64,000 nucleotides of DNA from an uncultured Lentisphaerales bacterium (lineage in GTDB: Bacteria; Verrucomicrobiota; Lentisphaeria; JABSQK01; UBA12247): assembly GCA_943788985.1 (NCBI GenBank), contig CALSSJ010000021.1:32001-96000 (forward strand), given 5' to 3'. Shown in pieces: positions 48,070 to 58,137 of the stretch. Position numbers and translations under genes: made by a program. Numbering within the stretch: the stretch's first letter is position 1; the number at the start of each line of letters is the position of its first letter. The notes beneath the pieces were generated by a model. It was given only the letters and a program-made list of their open reading frames with translations. It searched no databases and had not been told where the DNA came from.

Positions 48070-49430
48070 GCGAAGAGAATCATACCTTTTACGGGCGCGA
48101 GCCCCATCAGACCGACGGCCAAACGTTCATCGACGACATCGCCCGGTTCAGCCACCAAAGCGCCGCCGGCGGCATCCTGCTGATCATCGGTGCCATCGCA
48201 GCCCTCGTCTGGTCCAACTGCTGGCACCACAACTACCAGCATTTTTGGCATACCGAGATCGGCCTGCACTTTGGGCATGGAGAGTTGACCAAGTCTCTAC
48301 AGCACTGGATCAACGACGCGCTCATGGTCATCTTCTTTTTCGTCGTCGGCCTCGAGATCAAACGTGAGGTGATCGCTGGCGAACTAGCCACCATGCGCAA
48401 GGCTGCCTTACCGATCGCAGCCGCAATCGGCGGCATGGTCGTACCCGCCGGTTTCTACGCGCTCGTAAATCTGGGCGGCGACGGCATGCGGGGCTGGGCC
48501 ATCCCGATGGCTACGGACATCGCCTTTTCCCTCGGAATCCTGTCCCTCTTTGGGCGCCGCGTCCCCCTTGCGCTCAAGGTGTTTCTGGCTGCCCTGGCAA
48601 TCGTAGACGACATCGGCGGGATTCTGGTCATTGCCTTTGCCTACACCGGCGACGTCAATTGGACCTATCTGGCGGTCGCAATGGGATGCTTCGCAATCAT
48701 GATCGTGATGAATCTCCGCGGCGTTTGGTCCACTATTCCCTATCTCATCGTTGGAATCGGCGGGGTCTGGTTCTGCTTTCTGCAGTCGGGAATTCATGCC
48801 ACGCTGGCGGGTATTCTCGCCGCCATGACCATCCCTGCCAAGGGAAATATTGAGCGAGCTCATTTCATCGAACGCAGCAAGGAACTACTCGAGCAATTCG
48901 GCAGCGGGGACAGCGAACTATCGCTACTCGAGGATGAGCGGTCCCGCGCACTGGCCACGAAGCTGGAAAAATACTCGAGGCGGATCAATCCACCGGTGAC
49001 TCGCCTGGAGGCAGCCATGGCCGGCTGGGTAAACTGCGCGATTCTGCCGATCTTTGCTCTCGCGAACTGCGGCGTGGCGTTGACCGGCGACTCTGCTGGT
49101 GGGATCATGAGCCCGGTCAGCATGGGAATCATTCTCGGTCTGGTGCTAGGCAAACCCGTCGGCATCCTGCTTGCCACCTATCTGGCGATCAAGACCGGCA
49201 TTGCCGACAAGCCAGCCGGAGTCAGCTGGCAACAGCTAGCGGCCGTTTCCTGCCTGGCAGGAATTGGCTTCACCATGGCGCTATTTCTGACGGCGCTGGC
49301 TTTCGAGGAAGGCACCTTTTCCGAGCAGGGTAAGGTCGCGATCCTGATCGGCTCAGCCGTCGCCGGCATAATCGGCTGCCTGTTGTTGCGCCCGACGCTC
49401 CCTGCCAAGGTCCGGGAGCCACAGGGCTGA
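48066..49430 (+). CDS. nhaA: Na+/H+ antiporter NhaA
   Basis: WINDALM, GLEIKRE, GWAIPMATDIAF, LAIVDD and GIGFTMALF motifs. Confidence 0.96.
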   Translation: MSEENHTFYGREPHQTDGQTFIDDIARFSHQSAAGGILLIIGAIAALVWSNCWHHNYQHFWHTEIGLHFGHGELTKSLQHWINDALMVIFFFVVGLEIKREVIAGELATMRKAALPIAAAIGGMVVPAGFYALVNLGGDGMRGWAIPMATDIAFSLGILSLFGRRVPLALKVFLAALAIVDDIGGILVIAFAYTGDVNWTYLAVAMGCFAIMIVMNLRGVWSTIPYLIVGIGGVWFCFLQSGIHATLAGILAAMTIPAKGNIERAHFIERSKELLEQFGSGDSELSLLEDERSRALATKLEKYSRRINPPVTRLEAAMAGWVNCAILPIFALANCGVALTGDSAGGIMSPVSMGIILGLVLGKPVGILLATYLAIKTGIADKPAGVSWQQLAAVSCLAGIGFTMALFLTALAFEEGTFSEQGKVAILIGSAVAGIIGCLLLRPTLPAKVREPQG

Positions 49431-49512
49431 AGGCGCAGCCGCTCGCCAAAAGCCTCGCCCGCTAAAGCGGTGCTTCGACTGCCGTCTCAGCCGAGCTTGC
49501 GAGACGGCAGTC

Positions 49513-49578
49513 GTAGGGGATCTTTAGGGCGCAGATCTCCCCACAAGTCCAGATTCGCGCGCCCGAAAACGGGGCTAC
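49513..49578. repeat. GTAG-type REP-like hairpins between convergent genes
   Basis: GTAGGGGATCT..AGATCTCCCC on plus; GTAGCCCCG-TTTT-CGGGC on minus. Confidence 0.45.
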
Positions 49579-49644
49579 GACAGGGTTCTCGCGCATCAAA
49601 GCAGCAGACCGGGAGAAATAGCGCCCTGCACCGGCCCGCCCCCG

Positions 49645-50217
49645 CTACTTAGCGGCAGCCAGCCAAAAACGGTAATACACGAAGCCGTCGTGGGTCACAG
49701 ATGCGGACTTCGCACAATCGACGATCTCCGTCACATCCGTGGCTGCCCCATCCCACTTTGCACAGTAAAGAATCTTTCCCGCGGGAATCTGTGACTTGTC
49801 CCAGGACAAGGTGACGGGCTTGTCACCTGGTTTGGCAAAGAGCACCCATTGCGGCGTCTCGGGCTGAGGCCCGCGGATGTCCTTATACAGCTGCATCCGT
49901 CGGTCGGGAGAGACGAGGTAGGTGTAGCCAGTGCCGATCCCGGGAGGCGGTGCCATTTCGTCGAACATTGCGGCTAGCCCAGCGCCACGCGGCCGACGAT
50001 CAAAGCCATCCGTTCTGCCCTCGGCACATCCAATAAACAACTCGCGCAAATGCCCGTGCTTGACCTTAATCGCGATTTGAAAGTCAGCGTCCGCTTCTAG
50101 TGCCTTGGGGGCGACAGGATTCTCCAGCGCCGCTAAAGCAGATTTTCTGGCAGCTTCTGGCTCCTCTGCGAACATCGCAAAAGCCACGAGGATGGTCAGG
50201 CAGTACGTCAATTTCAT
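49645..50217 (-). CDS. hypothetical secreted protein
   Basis: Signal peptide; TDGFD..PPPG..KDIR..LSWD pattern; start overlaps the upstream stop. Confidence 0.7.
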   Translation of the reverse strand: MKLTYCLTILVAFAMFAEEPEAARKSALAALENPVAPKALEADADFQIAIKVKHGHLRELFIGCAEGRTDGFDRRPRGAGLAAMFDEMAPPPGIGTGYTYLVSPDRRMQLYKDIRGPQPETPQWVLFAKPGDKPVTLSWDKSQIPAGKILYCAKWDGAATDVTEIVDCAKSASVTHDGFVYYRFWLAAAK

Positions 50218-51362
50218 GGTTTACTTTCCTTCGGTGTTTTCTGTTCCAGCTGATCGCGGGTCAGCAATCGGACCACGCGAAAACCAATAAAGTTGCCATG
50301 GGAGTCCGGCGGCAGCCGATAACGGGTGGCGGACCGGCAGTCCAGCTTGGTGATATACCAGTTTCCACCGCGTATCACGCGATGGAGCTCATGGGTTTCC
50401 TTGGACTCGTAGTCGGCGAAGTTATCAGCGCACCATTCCCAGACATTGCCGTGCATGTTATAAAGGCCCCACGCGTTCGGCCGCAAGGTGCCCACGGGCA
50501 TGGTCTCGGCAGCGTGCTCTTCGAGGTAATTGGCAAAGCGCCACAGCTCTTCGCTGCGGGCGTGAAATGTGGTCTTGGTCCCTGCACGACAGGCATACTC
50601 CCACTCACGCTCCAAGGGCAGGCGATAGGTCCCTTTTGGCTGCCCTTCGAGTTCGGACAAAGCATTGACGAAGGCATTGCAATTGCGCCAGGTGACCTCC
50701 TGTACGGGGCGCTTGGCGCCCTGCTGTTTGGGGTCGGACGGATCGGTGACTGCCTCGGCCATCACCTGCTTCCACTGCTCCTGGGTGACTTCATGGGCGC
50801 TTATATAGAAGTGGCGCGGAATGGGCACCACGTGCTCTGCCTCGTCTACGGCGCGTCCGGCCTCGTTCTCGGGAGAGCCCATGACGTACTGCCCCGCGGG
50901 AATCAGGCGAAAGCGCATGCCTACGGAGTTCACGATCTCGACCGGCAAGCTCGCCTCACGAGAGGCCTCGAGCTGCATCTTCTGGGCAAACTCGCTGCCG
51001 TCTTCAAGATATTCTACCACAGGCATCTGCCCGGTCGCCGATTGCTTGCAGCCGGGGATCTCGACCGGCTGTTCAACCAATGGGGCGGGAGTGCCAGGTG
51101 GAATGGTATCCGCCGAACGCGGCTCGGCGGTATCGTTGGTCAACATCATGCCGATGAAAATGACGGCCGCCACGCCCCATAGCCCAAGCCGAAAATACTT
51201 GCTCAGCGAGGCCGGCGCACCGCCGCTGGCAGCCAAATGCGAGATCTTGCCGGGCCGGTCTTTACGGCGCCGACGGCCAATGCGCCGAGCCTGCGCTGCG
51301 CGTTCCGACTTGGAATGCGTCAGGCGCTTCTCGGGCTTGGACTTTTCCGGCAGCTCCGCCAT
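50214..51362 (-). CDS. formylglycine-generating enzyme (SUMF1/FGE-sulfatase) domain protein
   Basis: YRLPLEREWEYACRAG, PNAWGLYNMHGNVWEW, RVIRGG and GFRV motifs; one TM. Confidence 0.92.
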   Translation of the reverse strand: MAELPEKSKPEKRLTHSKSERAAQARRIGRRRRKDRPGKISHLAASGGAPASLSKYFRLGLWGVAAVIFIGMMLTNDTAEPRSADTIPPGTPAPLVEQPVEIPGCKQSATGQMPVVEYLEDGSEFAQKMQLEASREASLPVEIVNSVGMRFRLIPAGQYVMGSPENEAGRAVDEAEHVVPIPRHFYISAHEVTQEQWKQVMAEAVTDPSDPKQQGAKRPVQEVTWRNCNAFVNALSELEGQPKGTYRLPLEREWEYACRAGTKTTFHARSEELWRFANYLEEHAAETMPVGTLRPNAWGLYNMHGNVWEWCADNFADYESKETHELHRVIRGGNWYITKLDCRSATRYRLPPDSHGNFIGFRVVRLLTRDQLEQKTPKESKP

Positions 51363-51371
51363 GCGGGACCG

Positions 51372-54300
51372 CTAGCCCTGGATGACTGCGAAGTTCGCAA
51401 CGCTTGCCACCAGGTCGATCACCTGCTGAACCAGCAGCCGCCGATTCCGGCGCAAGTCCGCGTCCTCGGCATTCACCATCACACCGCTATCTACATCAAA
51501 GATGGTGTCGACGGCAGTGCGGAGGGTTCCAACGTGGGAGAGCGCGGCTACGTAATCCTGATTCCGCATGCTCGCAACGATGACTGGTTCGGCCGCGTTC
51601 AGCGCCGCGTACAACTCACGCTCGGCAGTTTGCTCCAGGAGTGCTTCCTGGATCTCGCCGGTCTCGCGCTCATTCTTAATGATGTTGTTGCAGCGCTTGA
51701 AGGTGGCAGCCACATCTGCGAAGTCCGCACGGGAGCGAAACGCGTCCATGGCTTCGAACCGGCGGACCAGATCGCTGAGATCGCCCCACGGCGTGCTTGC
51801 GTCCAACACGGCCTGGATGCTGTCCCGTGCGAATGGTCCAGGCATGTCTGGTCGATCCATTTCGCCGAACAAGCGTCCCGCCCGCTGGCGGAAAAACTCC
51901 AGAATCGCGTCCACAAGTGGGGCTTGGTCGACGCCTGCCAAGGTCTCACCGTAGGCCACGAAGGCCTGCGCGACCAAGGCCCGAAGCCGAAACCGGAAGC
52001 CACGCTGCACGACCAGCATGATGGAGGTCAGGCAGGCACGACGCAGGGCGTACGGATCCGCCGAGCTAGTCGGTGCTTTGCCAATCGCGAAGATGCCCAC
52101 CAGCGAGTCGATGCGGTCAGCAATCCCAACCAACGCGGCCTCATCCGAGGTCGGTAGATCACCATTCACACTCTTGGGGCTGTAATGATCCCGCAGGCCA
52201 TCTGCCACTGTGTTCGACAGGCCTTCAATCTGGGCATAGTAGCGACCAATGTCTCCCTGCAGATCTGGGAACTCGCCAACCATGTCAGTACAGAGATCGC
52301 TTTTGCACAGCTGCGCGATTTGGAGTGCCTGTTCGCGCGTTGCGGAGTCCGCACCAATCTCGTCGGCCATCCAGGCAGTGAGCGCACCGATGCGCCCAAC
52401 CTTGGCAGAAATCGAGCCGAGGTCGGCCTGAAAAATGGATTTTTCGAGGCGCTCGACGCGAGCTGCGAGGGTGATTTTGGTGTCTTCCTGTAGAAAGAAC
52501 CGAGCATCGGCGAAACGCGAGCCCAGGACTTTTTGGAAGCCGCTGCGAATCACGTCTTCGTCCTTGCAGCGCATGTTGGCCATGGCTACAAAAGCATTGG
52601 CTAGCTTGCCGTCACTGTCGCTCAGAGCGAAGTACTTCTGGTGAACCTTCATCTCAGAGACCAGGACCTTGTCCGGAATCTGGAGAAAATCCGCATCGAA
52701 CCGGCCGAGGATCGGGACGGGCTGTTCCACCAAGTAGGTTACTTCATGCAAAAGACCTTCGTCTTCGCGCCAAGTCAGGCCAGCAGCCTTCGCGGTGTCG
52801 TGGAGTAAGGTGCGGATGCGCTCACGGCGTTCTTCGTGATCGGCCAGCACATCGGCTCTGCGCAACGCTTCTAGATAGCCATCGGCATCGGTCGGCACTG
52901 CGACATCACCGGGATGCAGGAAGCGATGTCCACGCGAGACCAGGCCGGTCTGAATGCCACCAAAGCTGAATGGCACGACGGCGCCACCCAAGCTGGCGAG
53001 CAGCCATTTCACAGGCCGCACAAACGCAGTCTCACCATCGCCCCAACGCATCACGTTGTACCAATGCAGGTCACTGAGCAAGGCGGGCAACGCCTCAGAG
53101 AGCACTTCCAGAGCGGAACGGCCCTTTTGCTCACGGCGCGCAAACAAGTAGGCCTCGCCTTTAATCTCCTTGGTGGAAATATCATCGAGCTCGATCCCGG
53201 CCTTCTTGGCGAAGCCCATGGCGGCCTTGGTCCACTTTCCGTCGGCATCCTTGGCGATGCGCAGCGGTGGGCCTTTGATCTCTTCTGCAATGTCTGGCTG
53301 TTGCGTCAGCATCCCATCAAACGCCAGCGTGAAGCGCCGTGGTGTGGTAAATAAACGCAGCTCACCAGGCTCTAGCTTGCTGTCCGCCAGATGCTTCTTG
53401 GCCAGGCGGGGAAGTTGCTCAAGCAGCGAGGAAAAAACGCGTGACGGCATCTCTTCGACACCGACTTCAAACAGCAGCGGTTCGCGCTCGCCCAGCGACA
53501 CAGGCGCAGCCTTTACCTGGACAGGTTTTGCGGACTCCGCACCCGGAATGCGCTTCAGCAGTGGATGGCCCAGCGCTTCGCGATTCTTGAGAAAGGCTTC
53601 TGAGATCATCCGCGCTAGATTGCGGACGCGCAGGATGTAGCCCTGGCGTTCGCTGACGGAGATCGCGCCGCGGGCATCGAGCAGGTTGAACGCGTGGCTG
53701 GCCTTCAGGCAATAGTCGAGCGCGGGCAGCGGCAGGACGCGTTCGCAGAGGCGTTCGCACTCCTGCTCAAATTCGCTGAATGCCTGAAGTTGGGACTCGA
53801 TGCGCACGACTTCGAAGTTATGCGCCGAGAACTGCACTTCGTTCTCGTGGAAAATGTCGCCATAGGTGAACTGCTTATTGTACTGCAGGTCGAAGACGTT
53901 ATCTACGCCCTGAATAAACATGCAGATGCGCTCGAGCCCGTAGGTAATCTCGCCCAGGACCGGGCGCAGCTCAAAGCCGCCAACCTGCTGAAAATAGGTA
54001 AATTGCGTCACTTCCATGCCGTCAGCCCAGACTTCCCAGCCTAGCCCCCAGGCCCCAAGCGTGGGCGACTGCCAGTCATCGTGGACCAGACGCAGGTCAT
54101 GATCCTCCGGGTGGACGCCGATCGCGGCCAGCGAGCCAAAATAGCGCTCGACCAAATCCTCGGGATTCGGCTTCATCGCGACCTGAAATTGGTAGTAGTG
54201 CTGCATCCGGATCGGATTATCGCCGTAGCGGCCGTCAGCGGGTCTGCGGCAAGGCTCGACATAGGCGGAGTGAAACGGCTCGGGGCCGAGCGAGCGCAAG

Positions 54301-54416
54301 AAGGTACAGGGATTGAAGGTACCGGCGCCGGTTTCGATATCATAGGGCTGCGTGAGCAGGCAGCCTTGATCGTTCCAATAGCTCTGTAGCGCGAGAATCA
54401 GATCCTGAAAATACAT
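51372..54416 (-). CDS. glyQS: fused glycine--tRNA ligase alpha/beta
   Basis: Alpha motifs ([23 protein letters not shown]) continue in frame into beta motifs ([25 protein letters not shown]); start ATG 54416. Confidence 0.95.
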   Translation of the reverse strand: MYFQDLILALQSYWNDQGCLLTQPYDIETGAGTFNPCTFLRSLGPEPFHSAYVEPCRRPADGRYGDNPIRMQHYYQFQVAMKPNPEDLVERYFGSLAAIGVHPEDHDLRLVHDDWQSPTLGAWGLGWEVWADGMEVTQFTYFQQVGGFELRPVLGEITYGLERICMFIQGVDNVFDLQYNKQFTYGDIFHENEVQFSAHNFEVVRIESQLQAFSEFEQECERLCERVLPLPALDYCLKASHAFNLLDARGAISVSERQGYILRVRNLARMISEAFLKNREALGHPLLKRIPGAESAKPVQVKAAPVSLGEREPLLFEVGVEEMPSRVFSSLLEQLPRLAKKHLADSKLEPGELRLFTTPRRFTLAFDGMLTQQPDIAEEIKGPPLRIAKDADGKWTKAAMGFAKKAGIELDDISTKEIKGEAYLFARREQKGRSALEVLSEALPALLSDLHWYNVMRWGDGETAFVRPVKWLLASLGGAVVPFSFGGIQTGLVSRGHRFLHPGDVAVPTDADGYLEALRRADVLADHEERRERIRTLLHDTAKAAGLTWREDEGLLHEVTYLVEQPVPILGRFDADFLQIPDKVLVSEMKVHQKYFALSDSDGKLANAFVAMANMRCKDEDVIRSGFQKVLGSRFADARFFLQEDTKITLAARVERLEKSIFQADLGSISAKVGRIGALTAWMADEIGADSATREQALQIAQLCKSDLCTDMVGEFPDLQGDIGRYYAQIEGLSNTVADGLRDHYSPKSVNGDLPTSDEAALVGIADRIDSLVGIFAIGKAPTSSADPYALRRACLTSIMLVVQRGFRFRLRALVAQAFVAYGETLAGVDQAPLVDAILEFFRQRAGRLFGEMDRPDMPGPFARDSIQAVLDASTPWGDLSDLVRRFEAMDAFRSRADFADVAATFKRCNNIIKNERETGEIQEALLEQTAERELYAALNAAEPVIVASMRNQDYVAALSHVGTLRTAVDTIFDVDSGVMVNAEDADLRRNRRLLVQQVIDLVASVANFAVIQG

Positions 54417-54480
54417 GGTAGATATTCCTATTGATGCGCCGCACCAGCAGCAACCCAAAAAGCTAAAACCATACAGCCAA

Positions 54481-54614
54481 GCGAAGTCCTTGCCTACGCA
54501 ACTGATGTTCAACACGCCAAGGAGCCGACCTACAAAACAGCAATCGCAGTTCGGTTTCCCGTAGGACGCGTCTCCGTGCGCGTCACTCTACCGACTCCGT
54601 CGTCCTGAGGCTAC
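54481..54614. repeat. cluster of GTAG-type REP-like sequences
   Basis: GTAG-GACGCG-TCTCCGTG-CGCGTC at 54561-54584; CTAC-ended copies at 54497, 54533 and 54614. Confidence 0.55.
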
Positions 54615-54626
54615 AGCCTGCACGCC

Positions 54627-55700
54627 CTATGGGCGCAGCTTGCCCAGAATCGCCGCGCGTAGCACATCGCTCAGGCACTTCGCCTCTTCCGGCGTCAACT
54701 GCTCGCCAAATTCCGAGATCTCCTCGCCGATCATCACGACTGGCGTCATGCCCGAGCCATTGGCCCGAAGCGAGATTAACTCGCGGAGCACGCGCGTATT
54801 TTCCTCTACCCGGCGCTCCGGCCCGAAGGGTGGCTTCCAAGTCACCGTGACCAGCCCGCGCCCGGCGCGAATCTCGGTCCGGCTGAGTGAACGAAAGGCG
54901 ACCGCCCGCGCATGCGGGTCGATGTAAAGCACCGCCGGCGTCAACAACCCGAGCGCAAAGGCTCCCATGACCAAGGGCGCCCATTCCAGCGCCACAAACG
55001 GGGCCAGTACGCCAAACACGAAGGCCACAACCAGCGGAAGCAGAATAACCACCTGTGCGAGCCGCGGCCGCGCACCGATCGAGACTTCGGCATGCCCCTT
55101 GACTACCTTTACGGAGAATCCGTAGGTATCCTTCATTTTAGGAGAAGGCGCGGGTTCTTTGCCCTGCTGCAGCCGCGACGCCAGCGTCTCCAACAGCTCC
55201 TTGGGCCGGCGCAATTGGGTGCTCTCCGCCGCTGCGTCATGCAGCTCGCATTCAAAAAATGCAGCCAAGCCCTCTGCCAGCCGCCGGGCTTCGGGATACT
55301 CGTACAAGGTTCCGAGCCGATGCTCCACGCCCTCCCCTTCCAACTTAATCGGGTAGCCGCCGTCCCGCGCTTCAATCCACACCCGGCTCGGTTCTCCCAG
55401 TGGGCAACGCTGACGAAACAACGGAAACGGGAATCCTAGCGACTGCTCCATCTCCCCAGCTCCTCGGTCCAACTGCACACCTAACCGAAACAAAAGGACT
55501 AATACTCCCAGTCCCCCGCAGGCGGCCCCGCCTAGGACCAGCAGCGCTGCCTGAAAGCCCGATGGCTTACCCATCGCCAACACAACGACAGCACCGAAAG
55601 CTAGAGCAATGAGAATCGTGCCGCCAAATCGCCGGACCCGATGCAACGGGTCCACGCGAAACCGCACCCGCTCCTGCTCAATTTCCACTGACACCGCCAT
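54627..55700 (-). CDS. hypothetical membrane protein
   Basis: 357 aa, two TM hairpins each followed by a soluble segment; adjacent to trmL. Confidence 0.72.
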   Translation of the reverse strand: MAVSVEIEQERVRFRVDPLHRVRRFGGTILIALAFGAVVVLAMGKPSGFQAALLVLGGAACGGLGVLVLLFRLGVQLDRGAGEMEQSLGFPFPLFRQRCPLGEPSRVWIEARDGGYPIKLEGEGVEHRLGTLYEYPEARRLAEGLAAFFECELHDAAAESTQLRRPKELLETLASRLQQGKEPAPSPKMKDTYGFSVKVVKGHAEVSIGARPRLAQVVILLPLVVAFVFGVLAPFVALEWAPLVMGAFALGLLTPAVLYIDPHARAVAFRSLSRTEIRAGRGLVTVTWKPPFGPERRVEENTRVLRELISLRANGSGMTPVVMIGEEISEFGEQLTPEEAKCLSDVLRAAILGKLRP

Positions 55701-55701
55701 T

Positions 55702-56169
55702 TCAGGCGATTCCTGCTACAGAAAACTGCCGATACGCCTCGTACATCACGATGGATACCGCGTTTGCCAGGTTGTGGCTGCGCGCATGCGCGCCAGGCAT
55801 CGGTATCGCATACAACTGATTCTCGTACGCCTCGTAGAAAGACTCCGGCAGCCCGCTTCCTTCATTGCCAAACACCACCGTGTCTCCCGGCTTAAATTCC
55901 CAGTCGAAATAGCTGCGCGTCGTCTTGGTCGACGAAAACATCAACCGAGCCGGCTCCACGTCAGCCAGAAACGCCTCCCAGCTGGGATGCACTTTCCAAG
56001 AGAGATGCTGCCAGTAATCCAGGCCAGCACGCCGAATCCGCTGCTCGGTCAGCTCAAAGCCAAGCGGTTCAATCAGGTGTAATCTCACATCCAGGCACAC
56101 ACACAGCCTGCCGATCGTTCCCGTATTTTGCGGGATCTCCGGCGCTACCAGTACAACATCAAGATCCAT
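55702..56169 (-). CDS. trmL: tRNA (cytidine/uridine-34 2'-O) methyltransferase
   Basis: PEIPQNTGTIGR, RRAGLDYW, FGNEGSGLP and RSHNLANAV motifs. Confidence 0.95.
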   Translation of the reverse strand: MDLDVVLVAPEIPQNTGTIGRLCVCLDVRLHLIEPLGFELTEQRIRRAGLDYWQHLSWKVHPSWEAFLADVEPARLMFSSTKTTRSYFDWEFKPGDTVVFGNEGSGLPESFYEAYENQLYAIPMPGAHARSHNLANAVSIVMYEAYRQFSVAGIA

Positions 56170-56240
56170 CAGTCACTGCATTCGAATCGGAAAACACTAC
56201 CTTTTCCCTCATCATCTCTAAATCACCCCGGGACCATTCC

Positions 56241-57416
56241 ATAGAATCCGCAACCCTACCCCTCGATCAGGCGGAAACAAGCCCCGACTCGTTTCGTGCT
56301 GCCTGCTTTCCCGACGCCACCGCCGAGCAGTGGGACGATTGGCGCTGGCAGATGCGCAATCGGCTCCGCACTCATGCGGAGTTCGCACCTATCTTCACCC
56401 TCACGGACGATGAGACAGCAGCGTTGCGGAGTCCGCAACGCACGTTCAGCACCGGCATCACCCCGTACTACGCCTCCTTGCTCGACCGCGACAATCCAGA
56501 TTGCGCACTCCGCAAGACCATGATTCCGACGATGGCCGAGACGGTCATTGATCCGCATGACATGGTCGATCCGCTAGCGGAAGACGAGCACGCACCCGTA
56601 CCAGGCATTGTGCATCGCTATCCGGACCGGGTCTTGTTTCTGGCCAACGACGTTTGCCCGGTCTATTGCCGCTACTGCACGCGATCACGGATCGTTGGCG
56701 GAAACGCGCCGTTTAGCGTCGCCCGGGCGCGGTGGCAAAAGGGGATCGACTACATCGCTGGCAACCCAGCGATTCATGACGTGCTCATCTCGGGAGGCGA
56801 TCCACTCATTCTCAGCGACGATCGCCTCGAGTGGCTGATCTCGCGCTTGCACAAGATTCCGCATTTGGACTTCATCCGCCTCGGGACCAAAGTCCCTGTG
56901 GTCTTGCCCCAGCGCATCACCCCTGCCCTCACCCAGATGCTGGCGAAGTACCATCCCTTCTACCTCAGCGTGCACGTCACGCATCCGAGGGAGCTTACTG
57001 CCGAGTCCGCACGCGCCTGCGCCGCGCTGGCCGACGCTGGCATTCCGCTGGCCAGCCAGACCGTGCTGCTGCGTGGGATCAACGATAACGTGGAGACCAT
57101 GCGCGAGTTAATGCGCGGGCTGCTGCGGGTTCGGATCCGGCCGTACTACCTGTTGCAATGCGACCCGATTACCGGCTCGAGTCATCTGCGCACTTCGCTG
57201 CGGAGCGGGCTGGATATCATTCGCGGACTGCGTGGCCATGTCAGTGGCTACGCGATTCCTCACTACATTGTCGATCTTCCAGGCGGTGGCGGCAAAATCG
57301 CGCTGACGCCGGAGCATATCAATGGCTACGAAGATGGTGCCTGGCTAGCCACCAACTCACATGGGGTCTCCGGTTTTCGCTATCCAGACCCGGAAGGCCT
57401 GCCGCTTTACCCGTAA
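56241..57416 (+). CDS. KamA family radical SAM protein (lysine 2,3-aminomutase-like)
   Basis: DPLAED, HRYPDRVL, CPVYCRYCTR, SGGDPL, SQTVLLRGIND, RPYYL and PGGGGKI. The conserved WDDWRWQ lies upstream of the first ATG (56352); start tentatively ATA 56241. Confidence 0.9.
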   Translation: MESATLPLDQAETSPDSFRAACFPDATAEQWDDWRWQMRNRLRTHAEFAPIFTLTDDETAALRSPQRTFSTGITPYYASLLDRDNPDCALRKTMIPTMAETVIDPHDMVDPLAEDEHAPVPGIVHRYPDRVLFLANDVCPVYCRYCTRSRIVGGNAPFSVARARWQKGIDYIAGNPAIHDVLISGGDPLILSDDRLEWLISRLHKIPHLDFIRLGTKVPVVLPQRITPALTQMLAKYHPFYLSVHVTHPRELTAESARACAALADAGIPLASQTVLLRGINDNVETMRELMRGLLRVRIRPYYLLQCDPITGSSHLRTSLRSGLDIIRGLRGHVSGYAIPHYIVDLPGGGGKIALTPEHINGYEDGAWLATNSHGVSGFRYPDPEGLPLYP

Positions 57417-57550
57417 TTGCTGCGCAAGGGTTCTACGCGCTCCGTGCACGCGTAGGCTGTGTACGGGGACGAGCAGGAACATCCATCCGGCTCAAGCAAA
57501 ATGACCCGCGAGCGGGGGCTTCCAGCGTACGTTGGCACGCAAATTAAAAC

Positions 57551-57628
57551 TGGGGTGAGTGACGAGATTTGAACCCGCGACCTCCTGGGCCACAACCAGG
57601 CGCTCTAACCAACTGAGCTACACCCACC
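57551..57628 (-). tRNA. tRNA-His (GUG) with encoded G-1 and CCA
   Basis: GGTGGGTGTAGCTCAGTTGGTTAGAGCGCCTGGTTGTGGCCCAGGAGGTCGCGGGTTCAAATCTCGTCACTCACCCCA folds into a cloverleaf; anticodon GTG, C73. Confidence 0.97.
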
Positions 57629-58137
57629 AGCTAGGGAAGCAGCGCGGAACCTAATCGGGAATTGGCACTTTGCAAAGGCCGATACTCGAATTTTTCTCTG
57701 GTTTTGCCTGCGATGAATTCGATCGAGCTCAATACTGGGCCAGCATTGAGGGAAACCCAAGTAAAAAGGACAGCCCCCTGTCCGCGAGGAAGGATCTCTT
57801 GGGGGCGAGCGCTCGTAGGCACGGGATAGTGGTCATTCCGATTATCCGACAGTCGGTCCGATCAGACTGATCAGTCCGGTAGATTCTCCCTCTCTTCATG
57901 CGCCAGGCAGGTCAATGAAAGCCGGGACACAAGCTTTGTACTGGCCCTAGGCCAAGCTCAGAGAATACCGCTTCTGTTTGAGCTGATCCAAGATCATCAT
58001 GGCCCCGGAGCAGTGACCACAGCGCCGGCAGTCGCTGGGGAAAGAGAAGGGCAGAGAGATAGGCACGAGTTTTGATTTTTCTGTCTCCCATCTTCCTGCC
58101 CATTCTTAAGTCTCATTCCATCTTCCGCAGAACAGGG

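Noticed and set aside
57417..57628. tRNA-His as an integration site
   Set aside because: No integrase, and I found no duplicated tRNA 3' end in the window.
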